Source of the DNA: Zootoca vivipara
Taxonomy: Eukaryota
DNA length: 64,000 nt
Direction of reading: 5' to 3'
NCBI RefSeq assembly: GCF_963506605.1
Contig: NC_083276.1
Span: 110,360,001-110,424,000 of the forward strand
Below, in pieces: positions 30,301 through 45,300 of this stretch. The notes beneath the pieces are model-generated. The model was not told the DNA's origin and ran no database searches. It saw only the letters and a list, made by a program, of their open reading frames with translations. Within the stretch, counting starts at the first letter, position 1. Each line of letters begins with the position of its first letter. A program made the translations under genes and the position numbers.

Positions 30301-33300
30301 GAAAGCCATTCACACTCACAACGCTAGAAGCACTGTTGCTAATTTCAAACAAGTGTGTTGTTCCATTCACTTCTAAGGGCAATAGTTTTGAAAACTATTA
30401 TGATTCACAATGACAAAAAAAATGATGCATGAATGGGCCTTTATGCAAGCCAATACATAATGTCCAGAAAAAAATATACAGCGGTATTCATAAGCAGTCT
30501 GTTGTGGTTTTAAATATCTCAACTAGATTATTTTATTGTCAAGCTGAGATGCAACCCGTTGAAAGCAACCATGCGAGTCATCGAACTGAAATAAAATTCT
30601 ACAAAACTAGTGAAGTTTTACAAAAAGGCTGTGCATCTCAGCTAACATTGTTTCACCCATCAGTCTGTTAAAATTTATCTGAAACAATTCACTGATGATC
30701 AGAGTGGCAGAAGCTATCAATCCTTCCCGAGGTGGTTGTTACTTCTCTCCCACAGGAAGTACTCAGTTACCATTAAAATGTGTATGTTAATTTGTTTATA
30801 GATTATGCAGGTATTAAGTATTTTACTGCCTAATGCTAAGAAAAATACTGAATCGATTCCAAAAGCACGCACGCACGCACAGGGGAGGGGGGAGAGGAAG
30901 AGGAGACTTCAAGCTGAGATTGAGACATTTGTCACCCCAGACATTAAGGTTGTTTTCAAATATCACATTTAACTTATGGCCCTCTCTTAGCACCTACCAA
31001 TTAATCAATTTTTATACCTTTGGTAGGCATCCTAGAAAATATCAGAGCTCCTCTGCTGCACTTCCTTGCTTGCCATACTGATGGCAGGACTCGCAACATT
31101 CAGTGCAGCAAAATTTTGCCTTATCTAAAATGATTATTAATTACAATTCGCATCAAATATTATCACCAAGTATTCATACCAATCTGCCGAAAATAGCTTG
31201 GTCAATATGTTTGTACTATTGACTCTCTTGAGGCATTTGAACTGTCAAAATGCATTCATCTGTTATTTACTCTGAGCGGGGGTGGATAAGAGAGATCCAG
31301 TCGCTAACACACCTTGGGACCACCAAGACTAATGTAGCCCACCAGCCACATATTGTGGCCAGCAGGTGATTTGTCACCTCCTCCTGCTTTTGCAAACCTG
31401 CCCCCCCACGCCCCCCCCCAATCAATCAACATACATAGCTGGTAGGTTGTGTTCAGTTTGGCAGTTTGCAACTTTTGAAGGTCTGGTATAAATCAATACT
31501 ACAGAATACAAAAAATGGCTGACTGCATTTCAACAAATAGTACGGCAGCTGCCAAAGGTTTCCAGTGAATGCCACAATTGCTAATCTGAAGAAGGATCTG
31601 CTTCCAACCTTCCATCAGGTTTTAACTTCACCCCCAAAGGCGCAATTCCTCCATTGTCTCCCGAGACGGGCGGGTGCCAGCAGCAACTCTGCAAAGTACG
31701 GAGTGTTGTTGTTGTCTTGCCACCCTGGTGCACATCTCTCCCAAGGCTTTTTCAGCAGTACAAAACATGTACAAAATAGGCAGAGCAACCCAAACCTCCA
31801 ATCCACTGTAGTTGGCAGGAAAGAACCCCCCCCACACCCTGGAAAGAGGCACCCCAATGTTTCCAAACAGTGGGTGGGTAGAAACTGGTGGTGGCAACAT
31901 CCCTGGCAAAGGCACCCCTTGTCCCGGGGGCGGGGAAAGGCACACCCAGCAAACAATGTGCTGGATCCTGAGCCATCTCTGCAGTTATCATGTGTAGGAC
32001 ACAGTTCAGACCTCTTCACTGTGCCAGCCTAGGAGCTAGCACAGCAAAGGGACATTTTTCCTCTCTCCCCTCCCCCAGAGGCGTACCAATGGTACCTTGC
32101 ACCCTTGGTAAGGAGCTGTATTGCCCAACCACCACCACCACCCCAAAAAATACTTTACTATACACCTTTGTGTTATGGTGCGAGAAGGATGGGAAGCTCC
32201 TCCCACATTTGATCTTGCCATGACAATGATGGGGCGCATACCTGCCAAGTTGCTGTCAGAGAAATAAGGGACCGGGCGGAAATAGCAGACCGGAAGTAGC
32301 GCTGCCGTCATTTTGGAACTGGGCGGAGCATGCTCAGAAGTGACTTTTGATGCTGCTTTGCCCAGTTCCAAAATGGCCGTCGCGCCAGAAGTCGCACTGC
32401 AGCCATTTTGGAACTGGGCAAAGCAGCATCAAAAGTCGCTTCTGAGCATGCTCCACCCAGTTCCAAAATGGCCGCCGCACCAGAATAAACCAGGGAAAAA
32501 CAAAAAAATCCATTTTTTCAGCTAGGAACAGCTGGAAAAACGGGGATTTCCCAGGGAAAACGGGAGACTTGGCAGCTTGATGGGGCGTCGCAACACACAT
32601 ATATGTCATACACTCTATAGTCCAATAGGGGATTTTGGGGGAGGCAGGTCTGCACCCCTGGTGGGGGTTGCTTTCACCATCCCCTAGATACGCCTCTACC
32701 CCTTCCATGCCTTCCAGCCTGGTTAGCACAAGCCACAGAGCTATGGCCTGGAGACTTTCATTATATTATTGTGAAATGCATGTATATTTAAGTCAAATGG
32801 ATCTTATGTCGGCGTATTGTCTCACCTTCACACAAACTAAAGGTGTAAACCAACGTACTTATTCAAAGCTGCCCAGCAGCTTGTTGTCTTAGCATTTTGC
32901 TAGTAAAGACATACCCCGACACTTCTACATCATTTTTACAGATACAGAAGAGCGCTAATCCTTCAGTCTCTTGTAAGAACAGGAAAACCAATCAAACATC
33001 AAAAGGGCTATGGTAAGTCAAATGAAAGGACAGCCACTTACTTTGGCATTTGCAAGTTGAGTTCTTGAAACAATACAGAATCACAGAATTGCAGAGTTGC
33101 AAGGGACCCCAGGAGCCAATCTAGTCCAACCCCCTGCAATGCAGGAAACTCAACTAAAGAGCATCCACGACAGATGGCCATCCAACACTGGCTTATTATG
33201 AAATAACTATGCTGGACTAAAGGTGCAAAAAGGATTTGATTTCAAAAGATTTCCCCAAAAATGGTAAAACTACTGAAAGGTTTGTGTAGTAACTGCTCCT

Positions 33301-36300
33301 AACTTTTAAGTCTGATATATTGACTGTCCCCTGGGCAAGTTAGCTTCAACAATACTAACAGCCAATCCATATTACTGAGATGGGAAGACCCCCGTTCCGT
33401 CTGCCAAAGGAGCAGGCTGCTTTGGAACCACGACTAGCAATGCAGCTGCTGGCATTAGCTGACTCAAAGTCCTGGAACAGTGCAGTTCCTGAATCCTAAG
33501 CCAAACCATTTGCTAGAGAGGGGCTTGATCTAAACCCCTCAGTTGCACTAACCTGAAGTTGACACAGCCAAACCAGACAAGAACCACCATTTCCATCCTG
33601 TCAGCAGCTTTAAGTTGGCAGGACTTTTGAGTGCAGTGGCGGTTCCACCACTCTGAATAACTCCTGGGCAGTTAAGGTTGCTATGCCCCTAAAATAACAC
33701 CTGAAAACCAATGAAGTGAAAAGGTGCACTCAATTGTTCAAGCAGAATTTGATCATACTAGGAAACCTGAGAAACACCACCAGCACATCACAAGGAATAG
33801 ACTTTAAGATTTAATGTATTGGCTGGCTGTTCATGCTCCAATTAACTCTGGCTATAATCCCATGCACATCTACCTGCAAGTAAATTCCACTAAATAAAGT
33901 GAAACTTATTTCCGAGTAAGCATACACAGAATACAACACACTGAACAATGGCCATAACCAGATAAAAGATTCTGAGCCACAAAATCCCTGACCCAGACCT
34001 TCTGAATATGGATACCACACGTTTTCATGCACATATTGTGAATGTTAATTGTTATGTACCGAGCTGAATCCTAGAACAATAGGATCCAGGAGCCACCCAA
34101 TCCAGCTCCAGGTGGAAGTGAATCCGCAACCTGATTGGCCTGCAGGAGCAGCCAGTCAGGCTGCTGACAGAAGTAAATCCACAACCTGATTGGCCTAAAG
34201 GTGCAGCCCTGAAGTAGCCAATCACGCAAGGCCCATTGTGTAAATAATGTATATAAGCAGACGTTTTGGGGGAAAGAGCCATTCTTCTCTTCTTCTCCTT
34301 TGACTACTACGAGCTGAATAAAGAGCATGAAATTCACTCTCGACTCAAGAGTATATTTCATTAATATTGTGTGCTTTATAATTGTTTTAAACTTGCAAAT
34401 AGCTTAGAAACAATCTTGACAATTAAGGGGTATATAAATTGATAGTAACGTGTTTTCCCCTCAAACATACAGGTATGTCAAAAGTGGCCAGACAGGTGCA
34501 GTCAACCACAATGAAGCACATTCAACAATGTCTGAAATTCTTTGCAGTAGAGAGAACAGTCTTCTTCTCTCTTTGGTGGTCAAGCTAGATAAGAACATTC
34601 CAGTGCTCTTTAAAAGGAATGAGGCCAGTGATCACCTGCCTTGAAATGACTCCCATGATAGGACTGTAAGACTTACTTGGATATTTTATAGTTCAGGTAA
34701 CCCAGGGTGCTTCATGATGGAGTTAAAAGTGGGGAGAAAAGCCAAGCGAAATGTCAGTACCAAATACTGAGTGCCAGTGATGGCTTATCTGCTATAAATG
34801 TGGCTTATGATATAGTCAGTAAAGCCAACGCAGAACATAAGCAAAGTTTTCTTTAGCTGCCAGTGTCATCTTGATCAACTGAAACTGGATCAACTTGATC
34901 GACTGGAACTGACCTGAAAACGTCATAAAATATGTCACTAAAAGGGTGTGGCAGGCGCAGAACAGAGTGTTTCAATTGCACGATTTCATGCAAGTGTGCA
35001 ATGACCCGGAACGCAACCGCCCCGCCCCCCCAACAAATCGGAAGTTGCCTGTACTGTGCCTCACAGTAACAACTTCCAAGGAGGGGTTTTTTTATCATCA
35101 TCTTCAGAACATACAGGCAGCAACCGTTTTCGGCGCATATGATATGGGCGCAACTGCGCACACACACATCGCACCAAACCCGGAAGCGACCCAAAAATGT
35201 CACAAAAAGGGGTGGAACAAGGCTGGGCCAGAACGGGGTCTTTGCAGGCTTTCTCAATGGTGTTTCAAATACATGTGCCTTGCAATGTAACCCCCGCATA
35301 AATTGGGAGTTGCCTGTATTCCAAAAGAGTCTAATCACTGTACCTTTCTTTTGGTGCCTTTCGCTGTCCTGAAATGGACAGTTCTGGATTCGGGACGAGA
35401 AAAAGAACAACAGAACCTTTCACCCCTCACCTAAGCCACAATTTCCTACGGGCACGTGGTCCTGAGCTACTTTGTTCGGCTGTAACAATTTATTCCAGAT
35501 CCGATTGTGGCTTCGTGTACACAACTGGATTTTCGCTTTCTATAAAGCAATGGGGCATCCCACATACTCATGAGAGCCATGGGAGTAAAGCTCAGGTCAG
35601 GGTGCTGATGTCATTTAAAAAATGCCATATTTAGGCTGAAATCCTATACTACACATTTTCATCAAGGAGATAACCTTCATTGCCCCCACCCCATATCTGT
35701 AGTTTATTAAGAATCTTCTAAATTTACAAGAAAATTGCTAGAAGTTTTGCCAAGTATTTTTAATCAAAACACCTTGGACTGCCATTGCACTGTTTGGCAA
35801 AATATGAAAACTGTGGAGGTGATGACTATATGAGGAAATCCTGTCCCTTCCCCACCCCAGCACATAAAGAATCTATTTAGGTAAATGTATATCCTGTCTT
35901 CATTTAATTCAAGGGCTGTGTAGGTTTTCCAAGAAGTCTTGTATCTGGGCACTGACCAGAAAAATGCCTAATTCGTTTTAACATGCATCTTTAGACCAGT
36001 ATGGAACTACTCCAACCGCCCTAAAACTTACTGTAGTTTCTTCTTAAATGACAAGAAATACAAGTTTCCTTTGGGTTAATCTTACATTCAGGTTGTGTCA
36101 GCTAAAGTAATGCAAATGATTCGGGGTCAAATTCTGAAAGGCTTTCCTCAGTCCACTGCATTTGGTAGAATTTTGCAGGAGTAAGCACTTTAATAAGGAA
36201 AAAACTTAAGATGGGAAAAAACCCTTGAGCTAAAGGCCAGCAGGTTTAGCTCTTCATTATCTAAAAGAAAAATAAACACTATTGGTCTTTGATCTGCCAA

Positions 36301-39300
36301 AAACCTAACACTGCAAGAAGACAAATATGAGGGGAAAGCTCAGAACAATACTACTTCAGGTCACAAAGCCCAGAAGGAAAGGCTTTGTGGTATTGCTATT
36401 TGCTGTCTCCCCTCAAATGACTTGTCATTTCCTGCAGAACACATGGAAAGTAAATCTGGATTAAACTGGAATTGTGTTACTCAAATTTCTAGTTAGCTCA
36501 ATATACAAAAGAACGGAAGTCTTTCATGGACCTGGAAGTGTTAAATAGATTGCACATCTATCTTAGCTTAAGTCTCCTTAGATGTGCAGTACCTGTTAGT
36601 CTTCAGTTTTGCAGCTTAATAATTGGCTGTAACTCTAACCACTGGCAAAGTGGATTTTAAGTCTAACCAGGTGTCATCTAGTTACTGCTTTCAACGTGTA
36701 ACTGAAATTGTCCTATTCTTGTCCTATTCTCCACTTTAAGTGATTACTTAGCAAATTCCTGATACACTTCACTGCTTGGGACATAGAAAAAGAGTAAATT
36801 ATTAAAGAAAGATTAAGGGAAGTACAAAAACCGATTTAAAAATACATCACTGATAAAGATTTTCTAGTTAAATGATGTTTAATTTGCTGTCAACCTATTA
36901 AAAGACTTGCAAACAGCTTCTTGATCTTCTTCTGGAAAAAAACCCCATAAAATTAGACAAATAGTTTATAACCTTTTGCTATACTTATTTTGAGTAAGAG
37001 GGAATCTGAACTGATATTCTTAACACCCACCAATGTTCTAAACAATTTAAAAATAATTAAGGAGTAATCTAAACAATACTGACTACAGTGGAACCTCGGT
37101 TTATGAACACCTCGGTTTATGAATTTTCAGTTTATGAACACCGCGGACCCATCTGGAACGGATTAATTCATTTTCCATTACTTTCAATGGGAAAGTTCGC
37201 TTCAGTTTATGAACGCTTCAGTTTATGAACAGACTTCCGGAACAAATTACACCCATGCTTCAGTTTATGAACGCTTCAGTTTAAGTACCCCGCGGACCGT
37301 CTGGAACAGATTAATCCACTTTCCATTACTTTCAATGGGAAAGTTCGCTTCAGTTTATGAACAGACTTCCGGAACCAATTGTGTTCATAAACCGAGGTAC
37401 CACTGTATTAATAAAAAAAATATTAGCCTAGTACTCAATACTCTTGAATAAAGCAAATACAAAATTGCTATCACTACAATGAGAGCAAATTGTAAAAATG
37501 ACTGCATTTATTCAACACAAACCGGTAGTATTTATTAAAATTTTATACTGCTTAATATAAAAAAATTATCTAAGACACTTGCATAAAAACTGTAAAAATA
37601 CAACATTCAATCTAATTTCCTAAAAGGTGGGAGAAATCAAAATGATACATCACAACTAAAAGTTAGCAAGATACAAAACAATACAGTAAATTTAAATATT
37701 TAAGATCCTTTATATCCTTTCCCCCTGTGAGTTAGATCCTGCATCCTTGATCAAAATCAAATCTCCATTACATACTTTCCACAAGAGTACAGGGCATAGC
37801 CCAGTGCATAGCAGTTTATTTTGCTCAAGGCTTACCAAAAGTCCTTTATAATATAGATTTTTCCCATACTAGAATGGAACAGCACAACTCCAGAGAACAT
37901 AATGGGCTGGTTCAAACAGAAGTGGAAACTATGGCTTTCTGCTTTGTGAAAGAGTTGTGGACTCATGAATGCCCCCACACCAGAAGACGAAATTGAAAGC
38001 ATCTGCTTCCAATTTTATCAAACCATGACCAAGCCAGGATCAAAACATGGTTTTGGATTCCAGCTTGTTCACAAACCCATAGATTAAGCAAACTACAGTT
38101 CAACTCATTTGGATGCAAGGAGGGGCTGTGAATAGTTTACAGCTGGAAGTGGTGGCTACTCATTCAGAGATTCAGGAGATGTTCTATCATCTAAGTAAAT
38201 ACAAACCAGACAACCCTGGTTGTCTTGTTGTCTGGGGCACTGGCACTATCACAGTAGGGATTTTTAGTTACAGACTTAATTTACAAGCCATGTGCTACTA
38301 TCCCTAGTTATTTATTAAGATAAGCATACCTGAGATAACAATAGCCCATTAACTACGGTATCTTCCACAGAATGCTATTCCAGCAACCTTAGATGCCAAG
38401 TTTCTGTACACTAACATCCCCCACAAAGATGGGCTATAAACTAGGGATGCTAGCTAGCCTTGATGCTGCCACAGCACATCTGGCTAGCAGGCTATGTTTT
38501 AAGTTAAATGCATTGCAATTGGCACCAAACATGGTTCCACCATGGCAACAATTCATTTCCCAGGACCTCATGTTTACCTGAGATATGCTTGGCATCATCA
38601 TCACCTGGGTTCCACCAGACTTCAACCCACCCTCAACCTGAGCTGGGAACAATCCATTCAGCAAGTTAATTTTTCAAGCACCATGATGCAGTTATGAGGA
38701 CAACCATCACCTAGTACCATAAACTTACTAACCACCAGTGTTGTTTTTTCAGGGGGTACTCAAGGGCACCTTTTTATGTTGTGTGGCACTTACTGTAATG
38801 ACTTCATGGTGAGTACTTGCACCTATTTTTCTAGGGGGGGGGGGGAGAGCACTGCTAACCACCGTACATCAGCTTGTTTTCAACTAACTCATATGCGCAC
38901 CACACAATCCATCAACTACAGTCATGCTCTACAACACAACTACATTTGTTACAGCTCATCAGGCAAGAGCTAGGATTAGAACAACAGGGTGTCTTAAAAC
39001 TGCAGTAGTTGCCCAATTAAGTTAAGACTCAGATTGAGAAGCTCAGACTGGTGCTGAATAAAAAACCTATGACAGGTCCAGAAGAGAAATTGACAAAGCA
39101 TTTCTTGTCAACCACAGGCCCCAGCCAAAACGTAACTACAGCCCATTCAGAGTGATACTTCAACTTCAAATGCTTTGGGTAAGAGACCAGCTCTCATTTA
39201 CAGACTGGCCCCTATTCTAAAATGGCTACTGACCTGAAACTGTTTAACAAAGATGCAAACCCAGGAACTAAGCTCTGGAACAAATTCAAGAGGCAGACTT

Positions 39301-42300
39301 TGCTCCCATATTTATTCAGGTGACCCTATGACATGGCAACATCCGCCATACTATCACAAGGTTCATTCACCTGCTCAACACCCAATGTGTTCACATATGC
39401 AATCACCTGCCATGATGCCTACATAAAACAAACCAATGTTTCAACACAAGCTAATAAATGGGCACAATTCTGACATCAGAAATGACTTCATTAAGAGCTT
39501 CTGTCTTCCAGAAGGAGAATACTTCAGTCTCCCCAGAAAGGATGGCTCACATTTAGAACTGCTGAACTAGAATTTGTCAGGAAGTTCTAGCCTAGATGGA
39601 TCATTCAAAATTATAGTTCACAACAGCTGTTGAATTAGGATAGGACAGCTAAATGTTTAACATTGCTATTGAGAATGCCATTGTGAATAGGTCCATCTGT
39701 TTTTTAACCTTGTATACCAGATGTTGGTAGATAGTACTGGGATCTCTTGGTAGCTTTCTGGGTAGATCATGTACAAATTTCTGATTTCCAATTATTTAAC
39801 ATTAACAACACAAAAGCTTTCCTGATTTGAGGGAGGGGTTCAGGAGTGGATTTTTGTGTGGGCCTTCTAGGTGGTAATCAATTATGTTTTATGAGTAGGC
39901 CCACTGAAATTAATGGATTTGCGTTAGCCATGTTCATTCATTACAATGGGTCTACTCTGAGTGCAACGGTTGCCTGGGGTGGAGGGGAGGAGATGAGAAG
40001 ATTCAGTAGCATGAAGAGGACTCAGGGCTGGCAGCCTTGAGTCTGAGAGTTTTGAACTATACTTACATAGCTGGGAAGAAGGTCCAGAGAGAGGAAAGGT
40101 ACCCTGTTCTTTTCCTCCCTTCTAAAACATCCCTGCACAGCACAAAGAGATTGGTTCTAAAGAACATACTTTCCCCACCACGACCAATGCTAACCTCCCC
40201 TTTCCCAAGATAAGTTGTTAGGAGCCCGGCTAATTTCCTCTTTTTATTTACTACTACTACTTTCTCTCTCAAAAGCATCAATTGATGCTTTTGAATTATG
40301 GTGCTGGAGGAGACCCTTGAGAGTCCCATGGAAGATCAAACCTGTCCATTCTGAAGGAAATCAGCCCTGAGTACTCACTGGAAGGACAGATCCTGAAGCT
40401 GAGGCTCCAATACTTTGGCCACCTCATGAGAAGAGAAGACTCCCTGGAAAAGACCCTGATGTTGGGAAAGATTGAGGGCAACTAGGAGAAGGGGACGACA
40501 GAGGACGAGATGGTTGGACAGTGTTCTTGAAGCTACGAACATGAGTTTGACCAAACTGTGGGAGGCAGTGGAAGACAGGAGTGCCTGGCGTGCTATGGTC
40601 CATGGGGTCACGAAGAGTCGGACACGACTAAACAAAACTTTCTCTCTCGATTGCCGCAACATTATGAGCATCCTGCAAACTCACAGGTCACGGGAACCTC
40701 TTAGAAAGTCTAACATTTTGTTTTCCTTTTAATTCACAAACTTACTTCTGTATCCATATGTATCCTCCCTACTATTTTTTCTTAGTTTTTTATTGATATT
40801 CCACTTGCAAAATATACAAACTTAAATTGCGTAACAACATAAACAAAAGAAAAAATGAAACCAAAGTCCTAAGTTTTATAAACTGGATCGAGAGAAAAAA
40901 AGAGAAGGAACAGTTACAATAACAGTTTTAGTTACACGTAGCATTTAGACTGGCAAACACAGGTAAGTAACATTATAAGCATGTCAAGTGATTTGGTTTT
41001 ACATATTTTTGTTTTCTTCTTTTAATAACTTGCCAGAAACAGTTCAAATTAAAAAGAAAGGAGGGGAGTAAAGTATATATACTACACTACATTTATTGTA
41101 AAAAAAACAACAACAACTACAGGTCCTGCTCTACGGTACCATATGTGTAATTCAGCAGAATGTTTTCCTGCTATGCGTTATACAGAATGGTGTAATATCC
41201 AATACCTGGCGTCTATACGACAAAAGCTTATATATAGTTATACTTCTCAGAGTTTAATTCTGCTCTTAACCATGAATAAGAGACAACTTTGGGACTAGCT
41301 CTTCTGGACAGAATCCAGAAGGGATTTGCATTGTAATTAAGAATTCCAGATACTTGCCATGGTTCCCATTTCTAAAAATGGAGCATTTTTTCAGAGCATG
41401 TTATACCTAACTCATGCCTGCTGGTTTAAAGAAATGCCTTTAAGGAGGTCAGAGGTCAGATTCCAGGCGATGTCCATGGGGGTCTCGGACAATAGGTTCC
41501 CATATGATAGACTCTGCATATGCGGGCCAGCCACAGGTGGAAGACACCATGCATTACTTGTTAATCTCCCCTTTTTACAGGGATTAAGAGACTGATTTCG
41601 GAAACCTTTGCTAATTCCTACAAGTAAGGCTTACTAAGGCAGATGTGGTTCCCTTTATTTTGAGTGACGCCAACAGATCTGTGACACATAAAAGTGGTGC
41701 TTTATGCTCTGGCTGCAAGAAAGAATTGTACAATCATAGAGATGGACGGGACCATGAGGTTTATCTAGTCTAACCCCTTGAATGGTCACACAGAAAGAGA
41801 GAGAGAGAATATTGCAATGCAGCAACTTGCACTGGAGATTCAAAGGTCTAACAGAAGTTAAGCAAGTTACAGGTAGGTAGCAGTGTTGGTCTGACGTAGT
41901 CGAAACAAAATAAAAAAATCCCTTAAATTAAGCTAGGTACAGTATAAGCTAGCAGATGATACTTATGAACTCTGACTCCCTTGATTTATGTAATTGATTG
42001 TACGTGGTATGTTACGGTTCACAGTTTGGCATTTTGTAATGTTATAGCGCCTTTGGTTACAGTTAGAACTGGATATGGAACAACTGATTGGTTCAAAATT
42101 GGGAAAGGGGTACGACAAGGTTGTATATTGTCTCCCTGCTTATTTAACTTATATGCAGAATTCATCATGCGAAAGGCTGGACTACATGAATCCCAAGCCG
42201 GAATTAAGATTGCTGGAAGAAATATCAACAACCTCAGATATGCAGATGACACAACCTTGATGGCAGAAAGCGAGGAGGAATTAAAGAACCTTTTAATGAG

Positions 42301-45300
42301 GGTGAAAGAGGAGAGCGCAAAATATGGTCTGAAGCTCAACATCAAAAAAACCAAGATCATGGCCACTGGTCCCATCACCTCCTGGCAAATAGAAGGGGAA
42401 GAAATGGAGGCAGTGAGAGATTTTACTTTCTTGGGCTCCTTGATCACTGCAGATGGTGACAGCAGTCACGAAATTAAAAGACGCCTGCTTCTTGGGAGAA
42501 AAGCAATGACAAACCTAGACAGCATCTTAAAAAGCAGAGACATCACCTTGCCGACAAAGGTCCGTATAGTTAAAGCTATGGTTTTCCCAGTAGTGATGTA
42601 TGGAAGTGAGAGTTGGACCATAAAGAAGGCTGATCGCCGAAGAATTGATGCTTTTGAATTATGGTGCTGGAGGAGACTCTTGAGAGTCCCATGGACTGCA
42701 AGAAGATCAAACCTATCCATTCTTAAGGAAATCAGCCCTGAGTGCTCCCTGGAAGGACAGATCGTGAAGCTGAGGCTCCAATACTTTGGCCACCTCATGA
42801 GAAGAGAAGAATCCTTGGAAAAGACCCTGATGTTGGGAAAGATTGAGGGCACTAGGAGAAGGGGACGACAGAGGACAAGATGGTTGGACAGTGTTCTCGA
42901 AGCTACGAACATGAGTTTGACCAAACTGCGGGAGGCAGTGCAAGACAGGAGTGCCTGGCGTGCTCTGGTCCATGGGGTCACGAAGAGTCGGACACGACTA
43001 AACGACTAAACAACAACAACAACAACAAGCGCCTTTGGTTAATAATGGATAGTAATAATGGGACACAGGTGGTGCTGTGGGTTAAACCACAGAGCCTAGG
43101 GGTTGCCAATCAAAAAGTCAGCAGTTCGAATCCCTGCGACGGGGTGAGCTCCCGTTGCTCGGTCCCAGCTCCTGCCAACCTAGCAGTTCAAAAGCATGTC
43201 AAAGTGCAAGTAGATAAATAGGTACCGCTCTGGCAGGAAGGTAAACGGCGTTTCCATGTGCTGCTCTGGTTCGCCAGAAGCAGCTTTGTCATGCTGGCCA
43301 CATGACCCGGAAGCTGTACGCCGGCTCCCTCAACCAATAACGTGAGATGAGCGCTGCAACCCCAGAGTCGGTCATGACAGGACCTAATGGTCAGGGGTCC
43401 CTTTACCCTTAAATAATAATAATACAGTGGAGCCTCTTTCCTTCCTTCCCTCCCTCCTCTGATGCCCTCTCATGTCTCTGCCTCCCAAAGGCTTGCACAA
43501 CTACTGTATTTGTTGCAGCAGCCCAAGCTACAAGCTCCCCAGGGGAATGGTACCTCTGGGGCTGGCCATGGGGTGCTGCTGGTTGCCAGGAGCTGAGGCA
43601 GCCTCAGAATAAGCAAGCAAGCAGGTGAGGGAGCCCAGCCAGCCAGTCCACCAGCCCTTGCTGTTGGGAATGGACAGACAAGTCCTAGGCCTCTGTGGGG
43701 CACTGTGAGGAGCCACCTCCCAGAGGGCTCCCAAGGAGAGGTGAGAGGTGAGGAGAGGAGACTGAGGGAACACTCCACGAGGGAAGATGTTTCTAAAAAG
43801 GGTGAGAGGCTGCCAGCTGTAGAGCGGTAGACTCGTAATCTGGGGAACCGGGTTCGCGGCTCCACTCCTCCACATGCAGCTGCTGGGTGACCTTGGGCTA
43901 GTCACACTTCTCTGAAGTCTCTCAGCCCCACCTACCTCACAGGGTGTCTGTTGTGGGGGAGGAGGGGAAAGGAGATTGTTGTTAGCCGCTTTTGAGACTC
44001 CTTCAGGTAGTGACAAAGCAGGATATCAAATCCAAACTCTAATCTAATCTAAAAAGTGATCCCCCACAGAGGTACCGCAGAAATAATGTACAGAAATAAT
44101 CAAGGGAGCCATGGGCTCAAAAAGGTTGAAAATCTCTGTTATAAGCATTTCATGTTCAAGTAAACATGAACAGATCCATAAACCAATGTTTCCTATGTTC
44201 CTAGTTTACTCAGCAAACTTTGTGGTTGAGCAGGAATGTGAACCCAGGCCTCTGAAGGAGCATCTCCACCCCCACTCCAGCCCGGACACTGAGGTCCAGC
44301 TCCGATGGCCTTCTGGTGGTTCCCTCACTGCAAGAAGTAAGGTTATAGGGAACCGGGCAAAGGGTCTTCTCGGTAGTGATACCCGCCCTGTGGAACACCT
44401 TCCTATCAGATGTCAAGTTAATAAACAAGTATCTGACTTTTAGACAACCAGTGAAGGCAGCCCTGTTTAGGGAAGTTTTTAATGTTTGATGTTTTATTGT
44501 GTTTTTAAAATTCTGTTGGGAGCCACCCAGAGTGGCTGGGGAAACCCAGCCAGATGGGTAGGGTATAAATAATAATTATCATCATCATCATCACTGGTCT
44601 AAATCCAGCACTCTAACCACTACACCATACTGGTGATAAATATCACAGACTTAGTACCCCCCCAAAAAAAAATCACACATGCACATACCAAGATTGTTGC
44701 ATTTGCTACAATATATTAACATGACTTAAACCTACAAAATGTGTCTCTGGGGCCTGATGTGATGCTCAGAGCCCAGAATTTTCCACACAAGTAAGGTTTG
44801 GGACTGAAAATGCCCTCTCAGCAGTGTTAGGGGGAGAGAGAGGGGGGAAACCCTGAAAATTCAAAGACATGCCAGCCCTTCCTTGGCTTCAGACACTAAT
44901 GAAAATAATAACTGCAAAGGAATTAGCTTCCTGCCCATGCTGACCTTCTCAGTGGGACATTTTGCAGGTATCTGCTTCCCCCCCTCGGAAAGAGGGTGCT
45001 GTTAGCAGCAGTTGCTGTATAATTACTTACTTGATTCCTTCTAAGGAGCTTAGGCTAAGAGTTGAGCAAAGAAAGCAGATTAACAATTTGAATGCACCCA
45101 CACAACCAACACACACACACACACACTGGTGGCTGGAGGGGGGCACTCCCCAAGCCTACAGATGTGCCCCAGGAAATCTAGCCCTAATCCTGCTTCAACA
45201 ATGGGGTTTTCATTATAATTGTAGGGTAATTACACTTTGCTTGTGTGGAGGGCCAGAGAGGGAGAGGGGCAGAGAGGAAGGGGCTGCCATTACAAGGTGG

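Noticed and set aside
31565-32032. Cluster of 100-155 aa ORFs on both strands
   Set aside because: No domain signature or convincing splice structure; likely GC-rich decayed repeat sequence in intron 1.
37086-37405. Regularly recurring TTCAGTTTATGAAC units resembling a CRISPR or iteron array
   Set aside because: They lie inside a TA-flanked MITE with TIRs, the spacers are irregular and partly duplicated, and the context is eukaryotic.
41981-43009. 342-aa ORF (and the 340-aa ORF at 57369-58391) as host genes
   Set aside because: They are 5'-truncated BovB RT fragments. The N-termini are chance read-through from flanking DNA or a TTA microsatellite, and the antisense ORFs are shadows.
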